Shown here: in pieces, positions 42,601 to 56,700 of the stretch | Layout: every line of letters begins with the position of its first letter | Position numbering within the stretch: position 1 is the first letter of the stretch | Source: the human T2T-CHM13v2.0 reference genome, Homo sapiens | NCBI RefSeq assembly: GCF_009914755.1 | Contig: NC_060928.1 | DNA: 64,000 nucleotides | Strand: one strand, 5' to 3' | Notes under the pieces: generated by a model | The model's database searches: none | What the model saw: only the letters and a program-made list of their open reading frames with translations | Told to the model about the DNA's origin: nothing | Made by a program: the position numbers and the translations under genes

Positions 42601-43163
42601 AGTTTGCTGGGCTCCGTGGGAGTGGGACCCACTGAGCCAGACCACGTGGCTCCCTAGCTTCAGCACCCCTTTCCAGAGGACTGAACAGTTCTGTCTTGCT
42701 GGCATTCCAGGCGCTACTGGGGTAGGGAAAAAAAAAACCGAACTCCTGCAGCTAGTTCGGTGTCTGCCCAAATGGCTGCCCAGTTTTGTGCTTGAAACCC
42801 AGGGCCCTGGTGGGGTTGGCACCAGAGGTAATCTCCTGGTTTGCAGGTTGTGAAGACGATGGGACAAGCACAATATTTGTGCCGGAGTTCCTCAGGCTCA
42901 GACCCTCATGGCTTCCTTTGGGTAGGGGGGTAAATTCCCCGACCCTTTGCGCTTCATGGGTGAGGCAATGCCCCAGGTGAGGTGATGCCCCACCCTGTTT
43001 CTGCTCGCCCTCCATGGGCTGCACCCACTATCCAACCAGTCCCAATGAGATGAACCAGGTACCTCAGTTGGAAATGCAGAAATCACCCGCCTTCTCTGTC
43101 GATCTCACTGGGAGCTGCAGACCGGAGCTGTTCCTATTCGGCCATCTTGCCAGCAATCCTCCC
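36675..43163 (-). mobile_element. Full-length (~6.5 kb) L1PA7-like element, inactive
   Basis: 5' end ggccatcttgccagcaatcc at ~43140-60; ORF1 fragment MKRPNL...; ORF2 fragments (YAPNTGAP, FADD, 321 aa C-terminal piece); 3' UTR; long imperfect TSD taacat..tttatctccttt at ~36651-73 and ~43167-91. Confidence 0.95.
43140..43149 (-). promoter_or_regulatory. L1 5' UTR YY1 site (CAAGATGGCC)
   Basis: Exact motif at the expected position near the L1 5' end. Confidence 0.7.
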
Positions 43164-43389
43164 ACTTAACATTTTTTTTTTTATCTCCTTTATAACAGAA
43201 GCATATGTTGAGATATAGGGAAGACCAATAAATTATATAAATTCAAGCATCAAGGAGGTGTCAAAGTCAAGACTTGTACCCCAAACCATCTAATGTTAGA
43301 GGTTGTGCTCTTATGCACTGTAATATATTGTTTCTCCTTTTAATTAGAATTGAGTGGTGTGTGAACAAACATCAATTATCCTGAATCCA

Positions 43390-44160
43390 AACATTTTCTG
43401 CCACTGTATGTTACCGTTCTTGTCCAAAGTCCCTCAACTGTTTCCTGCATTACTGCACTAACCTCTGGGCTTCTCTGCCTCCTGCTGTTGTTTTCCTGTA
43501 ATCTATTACTAATCAGCAGCCAGTATGATCCCATTAAAATGCAAAGTTGATCAAGTCCTTCCTTTGCTTAAAACCTTCTGAAGGGTTCCAAAGTCCCTCA
43601 GAGTAAGAACTATAGTCTTTACAACTATGGTCCATACAGTCCTTTGATCTGGTCTCCTCTCATCTCTCTCATTATCTCTCCTATCTCCACCTCTCTGCCC
43701 TCTGTATTGTTGCTCACTTTACGCCAACCATGTTGGCCTTTCAGCTATTTCTTTACATTCATCTTTGCTTCTGTCTAGAAATTTTCCTCCAGATAGTCAC
43801 ATGACTTGCTCCCTCATCTTTTTTAAGGATTTACTTAAATTTCCCCTTCTCTGCCAGGGCTTCTGTAATCATCCTATTAAAATCGTAACCCCTTCCCTGA
43901 TGCATTTCCAATTCCTATATCCTATTACATTTTTCTCAGTATCAGTTATATTGGACATATTATATAATTCACTCCAAATTATGTTGCTTATTTTTCGATT
44001 ACTTCTACTAGAATGGGAGTTACATGAGAGCAGACTTTTTTTTTAAACCCTTTAGACATTTTTGGACTCTTACCCCAGTATACAGAAAGGTGTTCAAAGC
44101 ATAGTATCTTCTGCTCCATAAGTACAAATGGAATGGATGAATGAATGAATGAATGAATGA
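43390..44160 (+). mobile_element. L2a 3' portion
   Basis: ttgcttaaaaccttc, ttcctccagatagtcacatgacttgctccctca; ends in (GAAT)n. Confidence 0.75.
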
Positions 44161-44192
44161 GCATCCTCCAAACTATAAGTAGAGGATTGAGT

Positions 44193-44543
<351 letters not shown>

Positions 44544-44914
44544 CTATACCAGGGGGAAATTCAGTCATCAGGACAGAGGACAGTCTCTATGAGCTGCTAA
44601 AACATTAATGGAAGTATATTAGTGTGCAGAATTTTGCATGTCAGTTCCTTTAGGGATAGTACTATAAATGATTAGGAATAAAAAAAAAATTAAGAAACCA
44701 TTTAGGTAGTGAAGGGAAGTGAAAACCTTCCATGACTCACTTAGCACCAAACCATCTTGCAAGGTGTAGGGGCTTGTGGGGAGGGCAGGTTAACCATAGA
44801 GCTGAGGTTTGCTGAGTAGGGTATTACTTACTTAGAACAGCAGGGTGGAGGCTGCACCTACAGTCAATTGCCTTCTTTCTTTCATCTTACCACAGGCAGT
44901 GCTCAGTCTCTCTT

Positions 44915-45560
44915 GAAAATAAATATGTATTTATCGACTCATCGCATATATTTCTTTAGCACCTATCTTTGGGAGGCACTTCTCTGAGTGCTGGGAATAC
45001 AGTTGCAGATGAGAAAAGGCCTTTTTTTGTGGAGCCTACATTCTGGTGGAGGGAGGGAGATAATAAATAAAACAAAAGAAATAAATAATAAATAAGATTT
45101 CAGATACTGATATGTGCTATAAAATAGAGGTGATTGGGTGAAGAGTGATTGGAAGAGGCTTGTGTGTGGGGAGCAGGAACAGGAAGCCTTTAACAACAGA
45201 ATGCTAGCAAGGGCTTCTCGAGAACATCACTTTGGAACCAGGAATGAAGAGAAAAGAAGAGGGAAGCCACATAAAGATCTAGAGGAAGAAATTTCAAACC
45301 AAAGGAGTGCAAGTTCAGTTACCCTGATATGGGAGTAAGCTTGGCAGAAGCAAGAAACAGAAAAAAAAACCCCACATTTCTGGAGTTAGGTGGGAACAGG
45401 GGAGGTGGGTGTGGAGACACTGTGAGGAACCAGAATGTAGAGAGTCTTTAGACATTGCAGGGAGAATATATTTCATTTTAATGGCCATAGGGATGCTTTG
45501 GAGTGTTGGAAGGTAGAATAACTGAAGAATATAATTTTTAAGGTGTTGCAAAGCAGAGTA
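44915..45560 (-). mobile_element. L2 fragment
   Basis: ttagcacctatc...gtgctgggaatacag...ggagcctacattctggtgg, and further L2-like segments. Confidence 0.6.
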
Positions 45561-45739
45561 TTGAAGGCTTCCTCTCATCTTAGCCTGATACTGTGTGCAG
45601 ATTCCCACACTTTGACTCAGAGAAGATAGGTTTCAGGAACCTATCCCAGGCCCTAAGTTTACTCATCAGTGGGGAGAAACTCTTATCACAACATTGAATT
45701 ATGGCAGGGTTACTGTAAAACCCTGGATCATACTTTTAA

Positions 45740-46105
<366 letters not shown>

Positions 46106-49080
46106 TAAATGTCTAGTTTTTAATAAATCTGCTTAAAGATTTCACAAAATAGAGCCAAATGGCTCAATTAACGTTCAACACTATATTAAATGGGCAAGTT
46201 ATTTCCTTTTAAAATGAAGCACTTTAATGATTTATAGAAAACAATAAAATGCACTTCACTTTGCAAAGTAGGTAGTCTGTGGTGAGGGAGGCAAGTCTAA
46301 TTGAAACAGAGTCATAGAGAAAAGGCTTGAGTTATCTGACTCAAAAAGCCTTGGTCTTGAGATAGATCACAAGGTAATGAAAACTAGGGAAGAACATTAA
46401 TAAAATAGCAAAGTAAGTTTCCAATGAATCAAATGACACTTGACTTTGAGGAAGTGGGAGGATGATCACTGTGATGAGAGCAGAATGGCAAAAGGAGTTG
46501 ACCACTCAATCTTATGGTCTCAAGGAAGCAATACTGCTTGGGATACTCTGAAGGCACATTTGATAGGTCTTATACAAGCAGCTTATCAGAAGTAGAAAAA
46601 TTACTTTGCAAAGCTCCAAGACTGAGATACCTTTGTATTTCTCCTAAAGAAATAGCACTATGGGAGAAGAGTGTGGAAGGATAATGAAAAATAAGTCCTG
46701 AGTATTACACACAAAAGTTGAATCAAAAAATATAAAGGGATACTGCTGCCCCAAATTAGAACAGGTATGGGGGTTGTGTTAGAAACACTATTGAGTTATC
46801 AGCAGAGCTACTGTAGTATAAATCTAAGTAGGCTTGTTCTCTGCATTGTTAGGGATGCAGCTTGCTCTTCTGTAACACTGTATTTATAGGACAGTTAGTA
46901 ATCTAATATTTATTAAGTCCTTGCCAACATGTGTCTCTTTTCTTCACCCTGTACATGTTATATCATGCCATATATCCCTTGTCTGGCACATGGTAAGTAT
47001 TCAGTAAATATTCGTTGAAATAAATATTAAAATAAGTTTAAAAAATGAGTTTGTCTTCTGCAGTTAGAAGTGCAAGAACAAAAGGTCATAATGCAGAAAA
47101 AAATTAACAAGCCATGATAAATGTTAGTTAACACGTTTACTCTGTGCTGGTGCTGGGGGAAGTGCAGGGAGTTGGAAAATGCATTGGTTTGAGAGAGTAT
47201 AAAATGGACAATTAATTTTGCTGATCCTCTACATTCAGAAAATAGAAATAAAGACAGGGACATTATAGGAGAAGTCAAAAGCATGAAGAAAGATAAAAAG
47301 TTTGGAAAGCTTATGATGTAAAGTGGATGTAAAGCATCCAATTTAACTGAAGAGTAGTGTCATAGCAGAGAGGTTGATACTGTAGGAAGAACAAGGACTG
47401 TGCATCACCTGAAGTCCTAACATTGCTGTCACTTTGGGAAAACAACTTAGTATTTATGATCATCAGTTTCCTCATCCTAAAAGAGTAATGTTGATTTTCT
47501 CTTTTCCTATGTTCTCCTAAACCAATAATAATAATTGCTTACATTTATTAAGGACTTACATATATTAGGCACAGTTTTAAGCACATTAATTCTGTAACTT
47601 TAAATACTGGGGCTAAGCACTCAACATTTACTCTTATTCAACCCTCACAGTCATTCTATGATGTAAGGATTGTAAGAATAAAATGTAATAACATAATATA
47701 ATGCTTGGCTTATAGTATGGCTGAGGAATAATGTACTTCTTTACCCTTCCCATCACATGTTTTGTAAGTAAACAGTGGGAGCTACACCTGGAAAGGAAAC
47801 TCAAGCCAAACTGCACAGGATCCTTGTTATTAATACTTTATTCAGCCAGCAGCTTTTGGTCTTTGAAGGTTTTGGAGCTAGAAAGTGACATGTTTATAGC
47901 TGTGATTTTCCTTTCAAACAACTGGGCCCTGTGGGTTGGATTTTGTTCTCATTGCTTCATCAACTTTTCTAGAAATGAAGATTTCAATTCAAGTTGCAAA
48001 TCTATCAGATATTCTTCTTTTAAAGGGATAAAACATTCCTCAGATGACTAGACGTTCTCAGTAGCATCTTTGAGATCTGCTTAGTAACATGTCAGCTCCA
48101 TTTGCTTTATCCTTTACTCACAGTGTTATCAACAGCTGAGTTTATTCCAAAAGCATTATTCTTGACTGTCTTTCTTACTACTCTGCCCAGAGGAATATTG
48201 GGTCATTCTTCTTTATCTGCTGCACAATCCATTCAGTTTAATAGTTGTATTTCTTTTTCTCCTACCTATCAAATTTCATCATAAATACCTCTTTAAACAG
48301 GTCTGCTATTTTTCTAGATGGTACCAATTAGCACTGATTTTTGCTGCTAGATGACTTTAGTCTCGTTTACAAAACAGAGACCACTGGATGGACATTTCAA
48401 AATATCTCAAAATGTCTCATGTGTCTCTTCCCAATCTCTTTTATTTCAACCTTTTATTATTTCCATGTGTACAGACTACCAATTAAAATAATAATAATAC
48501 AAAAATAGAAAAAAATACCATCATCCCAGGCTAAACCTCTTAATAAACCTAAGGCAGATTTAAGACTAAAATACTTACAGACTTCCAAACTGTTTTTTTT
48601 CTAAAGTATACTTCTTTAAAAATTTGTTTATTCTAATTATCAACTGTACAATTTCATCTAAGGATACTAATTTCAAGATTGAGACAAAATTTTTTAAAAA
48701 ATATTTAAAACTGTAGTAAGTCATAAGGCTGATGAAAATTCATAAAAATTTTTTTGGCAGTCTTAAGAATCACAATTTGGAGTCTGCAGATTAAATGTCT
48801 CTCAATGTAGCAATACTGAGAAACTACCAATGTAGCAAGATTGCCTTGAGGGCCCCTTATAAGAATAAAATGCCCTAATCTTCTTCCTCAAGATTTTTGC
48901 TGCTACACACATTTTGCTGCTACACACATTTTCCTGCTCAGGTCCCTATTCGAAGGAAATATTGTTACCATGGGGAACAGGTTCCCAGCTGCTGTTTCCA
49001 CAAGTGAGTCTCTGCTGGTAGGAGTGCATGTCTGGAAGATCTCAGATTTTGTTTTAGTATCCATACCTGGGAAGTAGTGA

Positions 49081-49398
<318 letters not shown>

Positions 49399-50108
49399 GG
49401 TAGTGAGTTTTTATGGGAAACTTTGAACTCTTTCATGCCCAGAGTGTTTGCTCACTTATTGTCTCACTCTGTTGTAAGCCCGATGGGGGCATGGCCTATT
49501 TTGTAACCCACAGCACATAATACTGCACCTGCCACATAATAGGTACTCAAGATAATATGTGGTTGTGTTGAGTTAAGGGATCCGTATTTTAACACAATGC
49601 TTCTGAAAATAACTGTGGAAAAAGTCCAGTTTTTTTCTGATTTTCTAATCTTTCTCAGTCTTAATCTTTTATAAAATACAACAAAACAAAATAATAAAAA
49701 TTAAATGTAAAGACAAAACAAAAAATGAGCTCCAATTTTTAAAGTATTAGATGAAACAAATAAAACATCTCTGTCAAATTACTACAAAAGTTTCTAAATG
49801 CCTTTTCTTACGTTCTGTACTTCTCTTGTTGAGAATGGGTAAAAGAAAGTTTATAAGCCAGGGGCTGTCAGAAAACCACAATTTGAATAGCACTTAGTCC
49901 ACCACTAACTAAACTTGGTAAATCTGTTTTAAACCCTTTGAGGTCTGTTTGTCACTTGTAAAATGGAGAGCTAGTCTGATTCCCCAGAGGCTGCTACCTA
50001 GAGGTGCCCTACTTCTTTCATGGCAAGTCCAATGAGTATGCCTTCTAAAGGAAGAGTATTGACAGAGATGAACTAATGTCAGCTTCAAGTGCTCCCTTTC
50101 ACCATCTC

Positions 50109-50468
50109 TGCTGTGGTTTGAATGTATCCCCCAAATCCCATGTGTTGAAAACCTAATCCTCAAATTTATATGTTGATGGTATTTGGAGGTAGGGCCTATG
50201 GGATGAAATGATCAGAAAGGTAGTCCCCATGACGGGTCTGATGGCTTTATAAGAAGGGGAAGAGAGACCTGAGATGGCGTGCTCATGCATTTTGCCACGT
50301 GATGCCCTCCAGCATGTTATGACAGAGTAAGAATGCCCTCACCAGTTGTGGAACTTGACCTTGAACTTCCAAGCCTTCAGAATTGAGAACTGTAAGAAAT
50401 ATATATATTCTTTCTAAATTACGCAGTCTGTGGTATTCTGTCACAACAACAGAAAACATACAAAGACA
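50109..50468 (+). mobile_element. MLT1A/MSTD-like solo LTR
   Basis: TG...CA ends with MaLR LTR motifs; perfect 5-bp TSD atctc at 50104-08 and 50469-73. Confidence 0.85.
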
Positions 50469-51284
50469 ATCTCATAATCTGAGATAGACCTATAAAAGTC
50501 TGGGACCAAGGCTTTGTTATTCTGGGACCAAGGCTACTATAACCAGGAAACTGCTGAAGTGATCTTTGAAACTGATAAACAATTTTATTATAATGGTTAT
50601 CTCCCCTTACCTTGAAATATTTTATATTCCCACTTCTACTTTTAATTTTATTCTTAGAATATCAGTAATATACCACATATTTCACTGTCTTCCCCCTCCC
50701 AAATGTAAGCTCTATCAGAATTAGAATTTTAATCTTTTTTGCTCATTACTATGAAAAACACCTAAAACTGTGCTTGACACATGGTAGACAGCAAATAAAT
50801 ACTTTTTGAGTAACAAAAATAAATATTTTTTGAGTAACAAATAAATGAATCTCAATGCATTGATATTTTCTCTTAGTGACTTAATGTGAGGTTTCTTGCA
50901 TGTTCATCACTTTCAGAATTTGGACTACTCTATTTTCCTTGAGTTTTACTATAGCTTTAGAGGAAAATTCAGTGTTTAATGTAATCCAGACATAGCTTTG
51001 AAACTTTTTAGCTTTACTATCTATAATTCCAGGCATATTTTTCCTTAATTTGTGAAGGGAGCTTTCAATGAATGTCAGATTCAAAGTTGTCTTTCCAAAG
51101 CATAGTTTGAATTCATTCCTAAACAAACAAACAAACAAAGATACACCAAATATATTTTTAATATAAAAAACATGATTTTAAAAAGATTTAGATAAATCAC
51201 AAGGAATCTTTCCATACTTTCTAAGAAAAAAATTTACCTTTAGACTGAAAAATGAGCATGAGCAATTTCATCCCTAAAGATATA

Positions 51285-51767
51285 CAGCAGTTCTCTGAAT
51301 CCATGGATTCTGCATTTGTAGATTCAATTAACTGTGCATTGAAAAGATTTGAAAAAAACAAAATCAACAAGAAATAACAATGCAACAATAAAAATATTAT
51401 AAATAAAAACAAATATAGAATAACAAGTATTTACATAGCATTTACATTGTATTGGATATTATAAATAATCTAGAGATGATTTAAAGTATAGGGAAGGATG
51501 TGCATAGGTTATATGCAAATACTATGCCATTTTATTTTACTTATTTATTTATGTATTTTCAAGATAAGGTCTCACTATGTTGCTCAAGCTGGTTTCAAAC
51601 TACTAGGCTTAAGCTATGCTCCTGCCTCTGCCTCCCAAGTAGCTGGGACTACAGTTCATGCCACTCTCCAGGCTCTATGCAATTTGATGTAAGTGACTTG
51701 AGAATCCCTGAATTTTGGTATTTGCAGGAGTCCTGGAACCAATCCCTTGTGGCTTCTGAAGGACAGC

Positions 51768-51769
<2 letters not shown>
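51285..51769. mobile_element. Tigger3a/MER7A-like TcMar element
   Basis: Starts TA-CAG; tttacatagcatttacattgtatt...aatctagagatgatttaaagtata...ggttatatgcaaatac; gtcctggaaccaatccc. Confidence 0.8.
51533..51674 (-). mobile_element. FLAM/FAM Alu monomer inside the Tigger3
   Basis: Single monomer; TSD ctatgccattt (51522-32) / ctatgcaattt (51675-85). Confidence 0.8.
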
Positions 51770-51771
<2 letters not shown>

Positions 51772-51802
<31 letters not shown>

Positions 51803-51875
51803 TTGTGTGTCTGTGTGTGTGTATATATATATGTTTTATACATATGTTATATATAATATACATATATATTGTATA
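51772..51875. repeat. (TG)n then (TA)n microsatellite
   Basis: Seen directly. Confidence 0.9.
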
Positions 51876-52700
51876 TTTTTCTCTTATGAGAAGAACTTAA
51901 ATATTGTAGTTAAGTATTATACAAGTGTTTTCAGACACTTGTTCTTTCTTAACCACAATTATAGCATGACACTATAGTACTGTCAGTAATAAAACCAAAC
52001 CAGATTTTATAGCCTCACATTTATAGTATGCTGGGAAAAGACCAAAATCTTTTTCTTTATGTCAAGCAGTCTTTTCTTTTCAGGAAACTCAAACAATGCA
52101 GCTAAATAACATACAAATTTGCCTTATGATGCTACCTACCGCAGAGAAAAAGGAATGTACATGTATTTAAGCATATAAAAATTGTTATATTTAGTTTTTT
52201 TGGCCACGTGAGCCTTAAGAATTAAAAAATAATTTAAAAGTTTTAATTTTTGTTTGTTCTCTCCTACTCCTACCTTGGCCAGGGAAGGCAACTTAAAAAC
52301 CATTTTTTCCTCTTATTATCTAACTCTTTCATTTCAGTATTCATTTTTAAAATACATTTTTCTGTTTTATTTAATCAGCTTTTTTACAAAAGAACAATTT
52401 GTCTTTTATTTTTGTTACAAGGTTTCAAAGTTAAACACTGTAAGGTAGTACATAGGCACTTTCCCTCTTCCAGTGTTTTGGCCTGAACTCAAGAAATAGA
52501 AAGTTTCACCTTTCCATAAGTGATGAAAAGTGAAGGTTTCACCTGTTCTTCTACTTTTTATCTCTGCTCACACTCTCAGTCGGACTTACTGAATTAATTG
52601 ATGAAATTAAGAGGGTCCTTACACTCGCTTGGCCTAAGTACACCTTCCCCTCTCCTCTTTGAGATCTGCTTGCCTTGAGGAAGTGTGCATTTTCCTCTAG

Positions 52701-52829
52701 GTCCCTCCAAAGGGTAAATGATCCTGGTTCAGGGCTGGAGACCCGGCACTTGCACTTCTGAGCCATATCTGAAGGCCCATAGGTCTGAGATCCTAGCTCC
52801 AGGAGCCTGACGGGTGTGACGGAATTCAG
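52701..52829 (+). other. Candidate non-coding exon (129 nt)
   Basis: Acceptor cattttcctctAG at 52699-700, consensus donor CAG|GTAAGT at 52829/52830; locally GC-richer unique sequence; stops in all frames. Confidence 0.35.
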
Positions 52830-53765
52830 GTAAGTGTTTCTGCTCTGTAGATCTAACTCTCCTTTGGAGGACCAATCCTGATCTGCAGATTTAGAGGGAA
52901 AGACTAAAAAACTGCTTAATTCTGGCCAGATAAAGCTGCATTCTCCAATCCAATATTACAGACCAATATTAAAATCAATGTTTTGAAAATGTCTAAATGA
53001 TACATGGTTTGACTAAATGTGTATCTGACCGATCACTGTGTCTATTCTCAGTCAATTCAGCACACAGAGAACACTAAGTTGGAATGAATGACTGTGTTTA
53101 TGTCAGAACAGTGGGTAGAATTTTGGTAGGTGAATATAAAGAAGGATGTGTTCCCGATGCAGACATGATGCCCACTTCTGCACTGTGGGTTTGTGAATAA
53201 TAAGTTCTTTATGGCCGGAGCTTAGGATGCCTTTTGGAGCTTTAACAGGAAAAAAATATTTGATAACATAGGCTGGTACCAAATGTTAGTTTGTTAATGT
53301 TGTATGCAAGAAAGAACCATGGGAGAGTTTTAGTCGATATGGTTAAACATCAAAAACAAAATATGATAGGAAAATTGTGAAGGATAGCATGGGGGATGGG
53401 CTATGAATAATAAGGGAAGAAAAACAGGAGGAAAAACTAAAGCAGCTAAAATGCCAGGTGAAGAAAAGTGTGCTTCTGAACTGAAACAGTCAGCACAGAG
53501 AGGAGGAGACAGGTCAGGGGTGTATTTTAGGGGTAGAATCAACAAAATTTAGCTATTGACTGAATGTGGAAAGCGAGGGAGAGAGAGAAGCCAAATTTGT
53601 TAGATTTTTAAATAACAGGAATTCAGAGAATAACATTTTTCAGAATTAAATTAAAGAATATTTCTATCTGTTTATGTTCCCTCTTTCCTTTTTTATCATT
53701 CCCTTTCTTTTCTCTTCATTCCCACCTCCTTCTCCCGCTCCTCTCTCCTTTTTTTTCTTAGTTTT

Positions 53766-56700
53766 TAAAAACTTTTATTTTAGGGGGTACATGTGAAGAT
53801 TTGTTACATAGGTAAACTCATGTCACAGGTTTAGTTGTATAGATTATTTTACCACCCAACTATTAAGCCCAGTAGCCAATAGTTATCTTTTCTTCTTCTC
53901 TCCCTTGTCCTACCCTCCATACTCAAGCAGACTCTAGTATTTGTTGTTCCCTTCTTTGTGTTCATAAGCTCTCATCATTTAGTACCCACTTATAAGTGAG
54001 AACATAGGGTATTTGGTTTTCTGTCCCTGTGTTAGTTTGCTAAGAATAGTAGCCTCCAGCTTCATGCAAGTTTTTGCAAAAGACATGATCTCATTCTTTT
54101 TTATGGCTGCATAGTATTCCATGGTGTATACGTACCACATTTTCTTCATCCAATCTGTCACTGATGGGCATTTAGGTTGATTCCATGTCTTTGCTATTGT
54201 GAACAGTGCTGGAATGAACGTTTGCATCCATGTGTCTTTATGGTAGAATACTTTGTATTTCTCTGGGTATATGCCCAGTAATGGGATTGCTAGGCCGAAT
54301 GGTAGTTCTGCTTTATTAAAATTGCAGTTTTTAAAACTGCAATTAGTTTTGCACCAACCGAATAGTTCTTTGAGGAACTGCCACACTGCTTTCCACAATG
54401 GCTGAACTAATTTACACTCCCACCAGCAGTGTACAAGGATTCCCTTTTCACTGCAACTTCGTCAGCATCTGCTATTTTTTGACTTTTTAATGATAGCCAT
54501 TCTGACTGGTGTGTGATGGTATCTCAATGTAGTTTTGATTTGCATTCTCTAATGATTAGTGATATTGAGCTTTTTTTTCACATGCTTGTTGGCTGCATGT
54601 ATATCTTCTTTTGAAAAGTTATCTGTTCATGTCTTCTGCTCACTTTTTAATGGGATTGTCTGCATTTCTTTTGAGAATTTGTTTAATTTCCTTATAGATA
54701 TTGGATGTTAGACCTTTGTTAGATGCATAGTTTGCAAAAATTTTCTCCCATTGTGTGAGATGCCTGTTTACTCTGTTGACAGTTTCTTTTTCTGTACAGA
54801 AGCTCTTTAGTTTAATTAGATCCCATTTGTCAATTTTTGCTTTTGTTGCAATTACTTTTGGTGTCTTTGTCATGGAATCTTTGCCTGCTCCTATGTCCAG
54901 GATGGTATTTCCTGGGTTGTCTTCTAGAATTTTTATAGCTTTGGGTTTTAGGTTTAAGTCTGTAATCCATCTTGAGTTGATTTTTGTTTATGGTGTAAGG
55001 AAGGGGTCCAGCTGCAATCGTCTGCATATGGCAAACCAGTTATCCCAGCACCATTTATTGAATAGGGAATCTTTGTCCCCATTGCTTGTTTTTGTCAGCT
55101 TTGCCAAAGATCAGATGGTTGTCGGTGTGTGGCCTTATTTCTGGGCTCTCTATTCTCTTCCATTGGTCTATGTGTCTGCTTTTGTACCAGTACCATGTTG
55201 TTTTCATTACTGTAGCCCTGTAGTATAGTTTGAAGTCAGTTAGTGTCTGATGTTTTCAGCTTTGTTCTTTTTGCTTAGGATTGCCTTGGCTATTAGTGCT
55301 CTTTTTTGGTTCCATATGAATTTTAAATAGTTTTTTTCTAGTTCTGTGAAGAATGTCATTGGTAGTTTGATAGAAATAGCATTGAATCTGTAAATTGCTT
55401 TAGGCAGTATGGCCATTTTAATAATATTGATTCTTTCTATCTATGAGCATGGCATGTTTTTCCATTTGTTTGTTTCATCTCTGATTTCTCTGACTAGTGG
55501 TTTGTAGTTCTCCTTGTAAGTATCTTTTGCCTCCTTAGTTGTATTCCTAGGTATTTTATTCTTTTTGTGGCAATTGTGAATGGGAGTTCATTACTGATTT
55601 GGTTCTCAGATTGGCTGTTCTTGGTGTATAAAAATGCTAGTGATTTTTGTACATAGATTTTGTATCCTGAAACTTTGCTGAAGTTGTTTATCGGCTTAAG
55701 GAGCTTTTGGGCTGAGAGTATAGGGTTTTCTAGATATAGGATCAAGTAATCTGCAAACAGGGCTAGTTTGACTTCCTCTCTTCTTATTTGGATGCCCTTT
55801 ATTTCTCTCCTTTGCCTAATTGCACTCTCCAGGACTTCCAATTGTATTAATATGTTGAATAGGAGTGGTGAAAGATGGCATCCTTGTCTTGTGCTGGTTT
55901 TCAAGGGGAATGCTTTCAGCTTTTCCCTATTCAGTATGATGTTGGCTGTGAGTCTGTCATATATGGCTGTTATTATTTTGAGGTATGTTCCTTCAATACC
56001 TAGTTTATTGAGAGTTTTCAATATGAAGCAGTGTTGAATTTTATCACAAGACTTTTCTGCATCTATTGAGGTAATCATATGGTTTTTGTCTTTTGTTCTG
56101 TTTATGTGATGAATCATATTTATTGATTTGTGTATGTTGAACTAACCTTGCATCCTGAGGATGAAGCCTGCTTGATGGTGGTGGGTTAGGTTTGATGTGC
56201 TGCTGGATTCAGTTTGCAAGTATTTTGTTGTGGATTTCTGCATCAATGTTTATCAAGGATACTGGCCTGAAGTTTGTTGTTGTTGTGTCTATCAGGTTTT
56301 GGTGTCAGGATGATGCTGGCCTCACAGAATGAGTTGGGAGAGGAATCCCTCATTTTCAATTTTTAAAAATAGTTTCAGTAGGAATCAATTTCTTCCTTTG
56401 TCAGTCTTGAAAGGCTGTATGTGTCTGGCAATTTATTCATATTTTCTATATTTTCTAGTTTGTGTTCATAGAGTTGTGTTCATAGTAGTTTCTGACGTTT
56501 ATTTTTATGTCTGTGGGGCCAATGGTAACATTCCCTTCATCATTTCTAGTTGTGTTTATTTGGATCTTCTCTCTTTTCTTCTTTATTAATCTAGCTAACA
56601 GCCTATCTTATTATTTTTTTTGAAAAAATGAATTCCTGGATTTGTTGATGTTTTGAATGGTTTTTTTGTGTCTCAATTTCCTTCAGTTCAGCTCTGATTT

